Origin: an uncultured bacterium
GTDB lineage: Bacteria; Actinomycetota; Actinomycetes; S36-B12
Assembly: GCA_963793105.1 (NCBI GenBank)
Contig: CAWBZB010000003.1
Coordinates: 74,770-138,769, forward strand
Length of the DNA stretch: 64,000 nucleotides
Reading direction: 5' to 3'
Shown: one piece after another, positions 27,301 to 35,247 of the stretch
Numbering within the stretch: position 1 is the first letter of the stretch
Layout of the letters: each line of letters opens with the position of its first letter
The notes under the pieces: model-generated
What the model was told of the DNA's origin: nothing
Database searches by the model: none
What the model saw: the letters and a program-made list of their open reading frames with translations, nothing else
Translations under genes and position numbers: made by a program

Positions 27301-27932
27301 CTGCGACCGTCTGCCTGGAGAACCGGATGGCCGACGCACTCGGCGAGCCATTGCCGCCCATCGCCGACATGACGGACCTGCAGGGGGAGGGCAACACGGC
27401 GATACGCCTCGACATGGAGATCGCCCACGCCCTGGCCGAAGGCGATGCGCCGCGTGCCGCAGCGCTCGCCGACGAGTGTCTCCCGCACCTCATGGCCCAG
27501 ATGGGCATCGACGACGACTTCGTGACCCAGTGGCCGCCGCTGGTGGAGGCCGCCCTTGCAGCAGGAGACGTCGAGATCGCGGAACGCCTGCTGGCCCCGG
27601 TGGAGACGGCGCCGGCCAGCATCGTCTCGCCTGGAGTGCGCGCGCACTGGCTACGGCTGCGCGGCCTGCTCGGCGCGCTGCGCGGGGACGATCCGGAGAT
27701 CGTCGAGTCGGACCTGCGCGCAGGAATCGCGGAACTCGATGCGTACGGGGCGCTGGGCTACCGAGCTCGCGCGCAGGAGGACCTCGGACGCTGGCTCATC
27801 GCCGAAGGGCGCGGCGCGGAGGCCGACCCGCAGCTCGACGCCGCCCGAGAGACCTACGTGGAGATCGGCGCGACCGGCTGGCTCGCCCGCCTCGACGCCG
27901 CGCTCCCGGCTGCGACCGAGGTCCATCGCTGA
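24396..27932 (+). pseudogene. double zinc-ribbon / class III adenylate-guanylate cyclase / STAND AAA ATPase / TPR-like protein, split by three +1 frame disruptions
   Basis: Four collinear protein-like pieces lie in frames 0,1,2,0. The first is MAAADEMTCQSCGQALAAGARFCESCGVP (24396-). The second is ACTSCGEALSPQARFCPSCG plus the cyclase (FGDLVGFT, GDAVMAVWG) and P-loop GEPGIGKSRL (ORF 24451..26742). The third is RLNLAAARAALHGGDYSGAVDHAARAAEAFDLMDDPVEAG (within ORF 26477..26938). The fourth is AVAVGLQAANLIFLGKS... continuing into ORF 26850..27932. Confidence 0.75.
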
Positions 27933-28009
27933 ACCGGAGTTCGAGCAGACCGCCGTAGCGCTGGCACGGCCTTCTTCGTGGTTCTGCCTATCGCTTCGCG
28001 CGGTCGCCG

Positions 28010-28606
28010 TCAGCCCGAGTAGTCGAAGCGGCTCTCGTATGAGCAGCGCGACGTCAGATCCCACTGGAACTGATCCAGATCGACGGTGATCACGTCCGAC
28101 ACCATCTCGGTCCCGGGTTGCTCGTGTCCGGGAATACCGCACGACACCGGTCCATCGGAGTCGGCGGGCGTCACGGATCGAACCTCGATCCGCTTCTCGA
28201 CGCCGATCCGCCAGCGGCCCTTCTCGTGCACGAGATCGATGTCCGCCTGATGGGTACCGAGCACCTGAGCGATCGAGTTCGCGTACTGACGACTGGTGTC
28301 GCCACCCAGACGACCAAGGAAGATGTCGGCCACGTCGGCGACCTCGGCCCTGGTCGCCCCGGAGTCGACGACGAGCGAGACGGTCCAGGGCGATCCCGGC
28401 TCGTCATCCGAGTAGTGCCCCACCAGCACGGCCTTGCGGCCAGACAGGTCACGGCCGTCGACATCGCCCTCGGTGATCCACCAGGACAGCACGAAGTCGC
28501 ACTCGCCGTATGTCGACCGGCCACCTGGACGATCCCCCTCGCGTCGACACGGGCACACCACCTGACAGTTGCAGGCCTCGTAGTACGAACCGCTGACGTG
28601 CCACAT
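28010..28606 (-). CDS. DUF1326 domain-containing protein
   Basis: 198-aa ORF. The N-terminus MWHVSGSYYEACNCQVVCPC is the Cys-rich signature I associate with DUF1326. It lies 12 nt downstream of the DUF2182 gene. Confidence 0.75.
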   Translation of the reverse strand: MWHVSGSYYEACNCQVVCPCRREGDRPGGRSTYGECDFVLSWWITEGDVDGRDLSGRKAVLVGHYSDDEPGSPWTVSLVVDSGATRAEVADVADIFLGRLGGDTSRQYANSIAQVLGTHQADIDLVHEKGRWRIGVEKRIEVRSVTPADSDGPVSCGIPGHEQPGTEMVSDVITVDLDQFQWDLTSRCSYESRFDYSG

Positions 28607-28618
28607 GTCGCTGCCTCC

Positions 28619-29407
28619 TCAGGCCGTTGACGAGAACAGGAGCACGGCGACGCCCGCTCCGATGAACGCAACCCCAGCGATGCGAGGCACCGCGGCCGAC
28701 CGAGTCAACTTCTCCCACGCCACGACACCGGCGATCGCCAGCACCCACCACAGGTTCATCACCCCGAGGACGAAGAGCAGGAGCATGATCGCCCAGCAGC
28801 ACGCCAGGCAGCTCCGACCATGGGAAATCCCCATGCGCACAGCGCCCGCCCGCCCGTCTCGCCACTCCGTGGCAAGGAAGCCCAGTGGTGCTCTGCAGCG
28901 ACCCAGCATGGTCCGCTTGATGGGCGTCAGTTCGTAGACGCCCGCGGCCATCAGTGCGAGAGCAGCGGTGACCGGCTGCGTGAGGACCCCCATCGAATCC
29001 ACGGCGGAGTTGGCGACCAGCCACCACTGCAGGCCCGTGGCGGCGGCGGCGAACAGGCCCCAGCACAACAGGTAGCCCACGGCGAACGCCGTGACCGACG
29101 ATCGCCCACTGCCCGCGTCGGCTCGTACCGCCCGGTCGTAGGCCGCCAGCATGGGGTAGGCCGAGGGCAGCATCATCGCGACCATCATCACGATCCACAT
29201 GGTCAGCATCAGCACTGCCTGGGCAGGCGACCAGGCGGCGCTCATCGGCATCGCCCAGGGCGACCCCATGTCCTGCTGCGCATACGTGATGGCGAGCAGG
29301 CCGCCCCAGGCGAGGACGGATGCCACCAGCACACCGATGGCGAGCCCCGTCGACGGGCGAGGAATCACTGACGGGTCAGGCGACGACACGCTCTTCCCCA
29401 CGGACAC
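28619..29407 (-). CDS. DUF2182 family predicted metal-binding integral membrane protein
   Basis: 262-aa polytopic membrane ORF with the Cys-rich helix HGRSCLACCWAIMLL. It has the usual DUF2182/DUF1326 pairing. Confidence 0.75.
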   Translation of the reverse strand: MSVGKSVSSPDPSVIPRPSTGLAIGVLVASVLAWGGLLAITYAQQDMGSPWAMPMSAAWSPAQAVLMLTMWIVMMVAMMLPSAYPMLAAYDRAVRADAGSGRSSVTAFAVGYLLCWGLFAAAATGLQWWLVANSAVDSMGVLTQPVTAALALMAAGVYELTPIKRTMLGRCRAPLGFLATEWRDGRAGAVRMGISHGRSCLACCWAIMLLLFVLGVMNLWWVLAIAGVVAWEKLTRSAAVPRIAGVAFIGAGVAVLLFSSTA

Positions 29408-29507
29408 CTCGCCAGTATGTCTGCCCAGTGGCAGCCTGACCCGCTATTCCCGCCACCTGCTCTGCGAGCACCTCGACGCCCCGGTCACGCCCGGGCGTCG
29501 TGCACGA

Positions 29508-30518
29508 TCACTTCAGGCCGAGAAGGGTCAGAGTGCCGCCCCACAGGCTGGTGACGTAGGCATAGGTGGCACGCGGCCCCACGACGATCCCCTGAGGCAC
29601 CGGCCCCACCGTCACCTCGTCGACGATCGAGCCGTTCTTCGTGCTGATCACAGTGACGGTTCCGGGGCCGCCCTTGACGAGGTTCGTGACGAGCAGTTGC
29701 GAACCGTTGGGGGTCAACGCGAGCGCGTACGGCCGGGGACCGCCCACGATGGACTTGATGACGGAACTCGATCCGGTGTCGATGACGGAGATCGTCCGTC
29801 CGCCGCGAAGTGACGAGTTCGCTACGAAGGCGCGGGTGCCCGCAGGGTTGAAGACGACGCCCACCGGACCGCTCTGCACGGGGATCGACGCGATGACCGC
29901 CCTCGACGTCGTGCTGATCACCGAAACCGTGTTCGATCCGGAGTTCGTCACGTACACGCGGTCGTTGGCAGGACTGACGGCCACTCCGGTGGGGTACGCG
30001 CCCACCGCGACCTCCGCCACCTCGGAGCGACTGGCGGTGTCCACGATCGAGACCGTGTTCGAGCCCCGGTTGGCGACGTACAGGGTGGAGCCGTCCGGAC
30101 TGATCGCGATGCCATAGCTCGCCGTCCCGGTGTCCGCCGTGTCCAGGCCGATGTTCACCGTGCCCAGGACGGCCTGCGTGCCTACGGCGCTGACTACCGA
30201 TACGAAGCCGTCGTAGTTCGCGACGTACACCAGGGAGCCGTCGGGGCTGAACACCACGCCCGTCGGGGTGCCGCCCACCTGGATCTGCCCGGTCACCACC
30301 CGCGTCCTCGGGTTCACCACGGTCACGATGCCGCTGCTTCCGTCGGCCACGAACGCGGAGATCCCGGCGTTCGGGCTGATGGCAACACCCCACGGATTGA
30401 GGCCGACGCTGATCGTCGAGACGACCGAGATGTCGTCGTTGGCGGCATGTGCGGTCGCCAACGGGACCACGGCAAGCGAGCCTGCCAACGCGAGCGTGGC
30501 GACGATCCGTGACTTCAT
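29508..30518 (-). CDS. secreted YVTN-family beta-propeller repeat protein
   Basis: The internal ATG at 30518 gives MKSRIVATLALAGSLAVVPLATAHA (signal peptide). This is followed by repeated ...P.GVA.SPDGS.(L/V)YV(A/T)N... units. Confidence 0.8.
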   Translation of the reverse strand: MKSRIVATLALAGSLAVVPLATAHAANDDISVVSTISVGLNPWGVAISPNAGISAFVADGSSGIVTVVNPRTRVVTGQIQVGGTPTGVVFSPDGSLVYVANYDGFVSVVSAVGTQAVLGTVNIGLDTADTGTASYGIAISPDGSTLYVANRGSNTVSIVDTASRSEVAEVAVGAYPTGVAVSPANDRVYVTNSGSNTVSVISTTSRAVIASIPVQSGPVGVVFNPAGTRAFVANSSLRGGRTISVIDTGSSSVIKSIVGGPRPYALALTPNGSQLLVTNLVKGGPGTVTVISTKNGSIVDEVTVGPVPQGIVVGPRATYAYVTSLWGGTLTLLGLK

Positions 30519-30639
30519 GGAGCCCCCTGGTGACCGATGAGGCCGCAAGACTGGCCTCGCTCGACCCGACCAGCGGGAGATTCGCGGGATGTCCCGAACG
30601 ACGGTGAGGCCCCTTCGTCGTGGCTATCGGTCGAGGATC

Positions 30640-30867
30640 ATGGCCGCGCCCGGGGAGACCTGCCACGCCTGCGCCGAGCCGCTCACCGCAGGCGCTCGGT
30701 TCTGCTCGTCATGCGGGACGCCGACGGCGCACTCGCGGGCGGGAAGCGGACGAGATCGGCGATGGCCTCGGCCACGGTCAGGAGGACCCCGGTGTCGACC
30801 ACGGACGACACGTCGGCCGGCGAGTGCACGAGGTCGGCCAGCAGCTCCGGCAGCCGGGCACTCGTGA
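30640..30867 (+). pseudogene. orphan zinc-ribbon gene stub (paralog of the cyclase-STAND N-terminus)
   Basis: MAAPGETCHACAEPLTAGARFCSSCGTP... closely resembles MAAADEMTCQSCGQALAAGARFCESCGVP at 24396. After about 30 codons it degenerates into Arg/Pro-rich sequence that is antisense to the 3' end of the M28 peptidase gene. Confidence 0.3.
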
Positions 30868-31951
30868 ACGCCACGGCCGGCCGACCGCGCATCGCGAAGA
30901 TCGCGTGGTCGCTCTGGAACCACTGAGGTCCGCGCCGCAGCCCCCGTCGCGTCAGCACTCGATCGACGTGCTCGAGGTCGCTGCCGTCGATGTTGTACGC
31001 CGACCAGCACGCATCGTCGCCGACATGGCCCGCGGCGTCGATGTTCACGGCCAGCCGGATGTCGTCCAGTGACCGGCCGCTGGCCTCCAGCCCGGCGAGG
31101 TAGTCGACCTCCCCGGCCGCACTGAAGTAGTCCTCGCCGTTCACGGCGACGAGCTCGATCGGGAGTTCGTCGCCTAGCAGTCGGGCGAGCTGCAGGAGGA
31201 CGACCACTCCGCTGGCGTTGTCGAGGGCGCCCGGCGTCCCCGGCTTGCTGTCGATGTGCGCCATCACCACCGCCCGCGGGCCATCCGGCCCTCGCCGAGC
31301 GATGACGTTCCGCGCCCGGCCCGGTCGACGGTCCGCCTCGAAGTCGACGGCCACCTCCTCCCCGAGCCAGTCCAGCAGCCGGGCTCCCTCCGCCACCGAC
31401 ACGTCCGCGACGGGGATCGGGAAGTCGCCGTCCTCGATGAACGGGAACGGGTCCACCGCCCCGCACAGTTCCGGCATGACACCGGTGATCGACACGATGG
31501 CGCGGGGCGATGCCTCCTCGAGCGCTTCCCTGAGCCGGTCGTGCCCCTCGACCGAGTAGAAGGGGAATGCCCTCGGGGTGAGCGGTTCCCCGGTGAGCGC
31601 CCCGTGCAGAAGGAGCACCTGACCGGACGTCGCGCCCGCCCGCGCCAGACGCTCCACCTCGCCCAGCGAGTCCGCGCCCACCAGCGTCCCCCGGCCGGTG
31701 ACGGGCAACCCGTACGGGCTCGGGACCACGGCGACCCGGCCGGCAGCGGCCGACACGTGGCCTGCTCCCCCGCGCCAGGCCACGATGTCGAAGGCGGGGG
31801 TCTCCACGCCCCAGTCGAGGGCCCGGAACACGCTGGCCACGTAGTCGACGGCCGCGTCGTTGGCCGCAGAACCCGGCCTGCGGTCGTCTGCCGCCGTCAG
31901 CCGGGCGAGCTGCGTCTGAGCGTCGAACTCGATCGACCTGGTGATCGACAT
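30683..31951 (-). CDS. M28 family metallopeptidase (aminopeptidase-like)
   Basis: The internal ATG at 31951 (MSITRSIEFDAQ...) gives a 422-aa protein with MAHIDSKPGTPGALDNASG and NGEDYFSAAG motifs. The last about 20 aa (FPPASAPSASRMTSRTERLR) are low-complexity and overlap the zinc-ribbon stub. Confidence 0.7.
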   Translation of the reverse strand: MSITRSIEFDAQTQLARLTAADDRRPGSAANDAAVDYVASVFRALDWGVETPAFDIVAWRGGAGHVSAAAGRVAVVPSPYGLPVTGRGTLVGADSLGEVERLARAGATSGQVLLLHGALTGEPLTPRAFPFYSVEGHDRLREALEEASPRAIVSITGVMPELCGAVDPFPFIEDGDFPIPVADVSVAEGARLLDWLGEEVAVDFEADRRPGRARNVIARRGPDGPRAVVMAHIDSKPGTPGALDNASGVVVLLQLARLLGDELPIELVAVNGEDYFSAAGEVDYLAGLEASGRSLDDIRLAVNIDAAGHVGDDACWSAYNIDGSDLEHVDRVLTRRGLRRGPQWFQSDHAIFAMRGRPAVAFTSARLPELLADLVHSPADVSSVVDTGVLLTVAEAIADLVRFPPASAPSASRMTSRTERLR

Positions 31952-32069
31952 ACCCGAACCGTACGACGCCAGTACGGCGTCACGCGCGGGCCAAAGGCCA
32001 CGAAGGCTCGCCCAATAGGACAGAATCGGGACGTCCGGCCGTCCCGGCCGCCTATCCGAGGGAGTACAC

Positions 32070-32483
32070 GTGGCACTGCGCGAGTCGTTGGCCCAGGTCG
32101 ACCTGTTCAGCGACCTCAATTCCGTCGAGATGAATCAGCTGGTGCACTGCGGCACCAAGTTCAAGAAGGCCCCCGGGCGGACCCTCGTGGAGCAGGGCAG
32201 CCCCGATGCCGGCCTGCACCTCATCATCAGCGGCAGCGCCGCCGTGTCCGTCAACGGCGCCGAGGTGGGCACGATGACGGAGGGCGAGTACTTCGGTGAG
32301 ATGTCCCTTCTCGACGGCGCACCGAGATCCGCGACCGTCGTGGCCGGACCCGACGGCGTGGAGACCTTCGCCATCTCGGCCCTGGCGTTCTCCGACCTGC
32401 TCGACGAGCATCCCGACATCACGCGCGCCGTCCTCAAGGCGCTCACCGCGCGCATCCGGCGCGTCGAGTCGCGGCAGGGCTGA
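32070..32483 (+). CDS. stand-alone cyclic nucleotide-binding domain protein
   Basis: 137-aa ORF with a GTG start after GAGGGAG. cNMP-binding signature FGEMSLLDGAPRSATV. No HTH or other output domain. Confidence 0.85.
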   Translation: MALRESLAQVDLFSDLNSVEMNQLVHCGTKFKKAPGRTLVEQGSPDAGLHLIISGSAAVSVNGAEVGTMTEGEYFGEMSLLDGAPRSATVVAGPDGVETFAISALAFSDLLDEHPDITRAVLKALTARIRRVESRQG

Positions 32484-32498
32484 CCGACCCGCCGTCCG

Positions 32499-33389
32499 TC
32501 AGTCCTTGAGGAACCTCTCCCAGGCGGCGGCGACGAAGTCCGGATGCTCCATCTGCGCGACGTGCCCGCTGTCGGGCAGCACCACCACGTGCGCGTCGGG
32601 GAAGTGCTTCGTGACCCGATGCGCGCTGCGCGGATCCACGAGCGGATCCTTCCGCCCGTAGACGACGAGCGTCGGGCAGGTCACCCGCCGAGCCAGCTTC
32701 CAGGGTCGGTTCGGGCCGACGTCGACGAAGGTCTTGAGCAGGCCCCTCAGGCTGCTGAGGAACGCATCGGACGCGTAGGGCAGGTGGTCGCGCTCGGCCA
32801 CCTCGGCAACCGCCTCGGCGATCCGCTCCGGCGCCACCCTCGCCGGATCCGCGAACGTCACGTCGATGGTGCCGCGCACCCGGCCGCCGGCGTCGCTCTC
32901 CAGGTACTTCGGCACGAGCCGCTCCCCGACCCCGGGCACGGCGATCACGGGCAGGTGGAAGTTGGACCGGGTGGCGAACAGCGACGGCAGTGCCGGGGAG
33001 ACGAGGGTGAGGCTGCGCACGAGGTCCGGCCGACGGGCCGCCAGCTGGAGCGCCACGGCGCCGCCGAGTGAGTTCCCGAACAGGTGAATGGGCGCCGTCC
33101 CGAGACTCTCGATCAGTTCTGCGACACCGCGAGCATGGCCGGCCGGGCTCATGTCGCCGTCGCGCGGCGGCGGCGAGTAGCCCATCCCGCCCAGGTCGAG
33201 TGCCCAGCCGTCCACGTAGGGCCGCAGGCGCGACATGAGGTCGGTCCAGTTCAGGGACGACCCGCCGAGCCCGTGCACATAGACGGCGGTGGGCAGCCCG
33301 GACTCACGTGCCTCGGCATGCCGCACGCTCAGCGTGCGACCGGGGAGGCGCACGTCCTGCCGGGGGAAGGCGGAGAGCGACTCGGTCAC
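32499..33389 (-). CDS. alpha/beta hydrolase fold protein
   Basis: 296-aa ORF with HGLGGS (oxyanion) and the nucleophile elbow GNSLGG. Confidence 0.8.
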   Translation of the reverse strand: MTESLSAFPRQDVRLPGRTLSVRHAEARESGLPTAVYVHGLGGSSLNWTDLMSRLRPYVDGWALDLGGMGYSPPPRDGDMSPAGHARGVAELIESLGTAPIHLFGNSLGGAVALQLAARRPDLVRSLTLVSPALPSLFATRSNFHLPVIAVPGVGERLVPKYLESDAGGRVRGTIDVTFADPARVAPERIAEAVAEVAERDHLPYASDAFLSSLRGLLKTFVDVGPNRPWKLARRVTCPTLVVYGRKDPLVDPRSAHRVTKHFPDAHVVVLPDSGHVAQMEHPDFVAAAWERFLKD

Positions 33390-33463
33390 GCCCGCAGCGT
33401 ACGGCCACGATCGGCACCGCGCGTTCGCGCCCTTCCCTAGTTACCGGCCAGTAGGATGGGCCG

Positions 33464-34096
33464 ATGACCACCAGCGACAGTGCTCGGGCGGCGCGGCTCC
33501 CCCGGGAGCAGCGCCGGCAGCAGGTGCTCGCCGCCGCGCTCGACGTCTTCTCCACCGCCGGCTACCACTCGGCGTCGATGGATGACATCGCCGACCACGC
33601 TGGGGTCTCCAAGCCGGTCCTGTACCAGCACTTCCCCGGAAAGCTCGATCTCTACCTCGCCATCCTCGACGCAGGGATCGAGGACCTGCTGGCTGCGTCG
33701 GTGGCAGCTCTGACGAGCACCAGCGACAACCGCGAGCGCGTGAGCGCGATGACCACGGCCTACTTCACCTTCGTCGACAACCCCACCGGGGCGTTCCGCC
33801 TCGTCTTCGAGAGCGACCTCGCCAACGAGCCGGCCGTCCGGCAGCGGGTGGACGCCCTGGACACCGCCGTCGCCCGCCTGATCGCCGACGTGATCGCCCA
33901 GGACACCGGCCTGAGCGACGAGCAGGCGCTGATCCTCGCCTCCGGGATGCAGGGCATGACCCAGGTGGCCGCCCGTCGATGGCTCCGGGATGGGGAGCCC
34001 GGAACCAGTCGCACCGAGGCGGCGGAACTGATCTCCGACCTCGGCTGGCGCGGCATCAGCGGTTTCCCGCTGAGCCACCCTCCGCAGGCGGAATAA
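33464..34096 (+). CDS. TetR family transcriptional regulator
   Basis: 210-aa ORF with an N-terminal HTH, FSTAGYHSASMDDIADHAGVSKPVLYQHF. Confidence 0.9.
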   Translation: MTTSDSARAARLPREQRRQQVLAAALDVFSTAGYHSASMDDIADHAGVSKPVLYQHFPGKLDLYLAILDAGIEDLLAASVAALTSTSDNRERVSAMTTAYFTFVDNPTGAFRLVFESDLANEPAVRQRVDALDTAVARLIADVIAQDTGLSDEQALILASGMQGMTQVAARRWLRDGEPGTSRTEAAELISDLGWRGISGFPLSHPPQAE

Positions 34097-34157
34097 TCAG
34101 GCTGCTGACACGCTTGCACGGGGCACGACCCGGAACAGGACTCGGAAGGACATCGCT

Positions 34158-34379
34158 GTGGAGATCAAGATCGGCGTGCAGGACACCGCGCGCGAGGTTT
34201 CGCTGGACAGCAATGACACGTCCGAGGAGGTCATCGCGGCAATCACCGAGGCACTCACCTCCGGTGGCGTCCTCACCCTCGTCGACGACCGGGGCCGGAC
34301 CGTCATGGTGCCCGCCGCCAAACTCGCCTACGTGGAGATCGGCGCCACCACCAAGGGCCGCGTCGGCTTCGGATCCTGA
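34158..34379 (+). CDS. DUF3107 domain protein (TB9.4-like)
   Basis: 73-aa ORF, MEIKIGVQDTAREVSLDSN...LAYVEIG. Conserved actinobacterial small protein next to a DEAD-box helicase. Confidence 0.85.
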   Translation: MEIKIGVQDTAREVSLDSNDTSEEVIAAITEALTSGGVLTLVDDRGRTVMVPAAKLAYVEIGATTKGRVGFGS

Positions 34380-34410
34380 CCCGACGCCTGCGGCCGCATC
34401 GGCGCGGACG

Positions 34411-35118
34411 CTAGGCGGCCAGGCCCAGCGCGGCCATCCGGCGGGCGTGGTTGTCCGTCAGCCGGGCCAGCATCCGGCCGATCTCCGCAAGGTCTGTCCC
34501 GGGCCGGTCCACGCCGCCGACCAGCAGGGTGGACAGTGCGTCCCGCTCCGCTGCCACCCGCTGGGCCTGGCTCAGCGCCTCGCCCACGAGCCGCCGGCCC
34601 CACAGCGCGAGACGCCCGCCCACGCGAGGATCGGCGTTGATGGCAGCGCGCACGCGCTCGACGATGAAATCCGACTGGCCCATGTCGTCGCAGACGCTGA
34701 TCACCAGGTCGCGGGTCTCATCGTCGACGTAGTTCGCGATCTCCCGGTAGAAGTCCGTCCCGATGCCGTCCCCGACGTACGCCTTGACCAGCCCCTCCAG
34801 CCAGTCGCGCGGCATCGTCTGTTCGTGGAAGTCCTCGTAGGCCCGCCGGAAGGGGGCCATGGCCTCCTGCGGGTCGACGCCGAGCTCCAGCAACCGGTCC
34901 CGGAGGACCTGGAAGTGCCGGTACTCGGCCGTCGCCATCCCCGCCAGGGCCGCCTTGTCGTCGATCGTCGGCGCCATCGCGGCGTCGGCCGCCAATCGCT
35001 CGAAGGCGGTCAGCTCCCCGTACCCGAGCACGGCGATGAGGTCGATGACGGCGGCTCGGTACTCCGCGTCGCTGTCCAGTGCCGAGGCCGGCGGTCCCTG
35101 TTCGGTCATGGTGAGCAC
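34411..35118 (-). CDS. ferritin-like fold protein (conserved actinobacterial)
   Basis: 235-aa helical ORF (…GYGELTAFERLAADA…EYRHFQVL…) in the conserved TetR/DUF3107/helicase neighbourhood. Confidence 0.65.
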   Translation of the reverse strand: MLTMTEQGPPASALDSDAEYRAAVIDLIAVLGYGELTAFERLAADAAMAPTIDDKAALAGMATAEYRHFQVLRDRLLELGVDPQEAMAPFRRAYEDFHEQTMPRDWLEGLVKAYVGDGIGTDFYREIANYVDDETRDLVISVCDDMGQSDFIVERVRAAINADPRVGGRLALWGRRLVGEALSQAQRVAAERDALSTLLVGGVDRPGTDLAEIGRMLARLTDNHARRMAALGLAA

Positions 35119-35247
35119 AGGCTACTTCGGGCCAGCGGGTAGAGTTTGCACAACATCACAAGCGTGATGATCGATTAGTTGGAGTAACCCCTGAGCATCG
35201 CACCACTGGACGACACGGCCGACGACTCGGCAACCCAGACATCCTCC

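Noticed and set aside
24396-32483. Pycsar/CBASS-like anti-phage pairing of a nucleotide cyclase with a cNMP-binding effector
   Set aside because: The cyclase is a class III cyclase-STAND signalling-type protein. The cNMP-binding protein is 4 kb away on a separate transcription unit and has no effector (TM, TIR or nuclease) domain. Unrelated genes lie between them.
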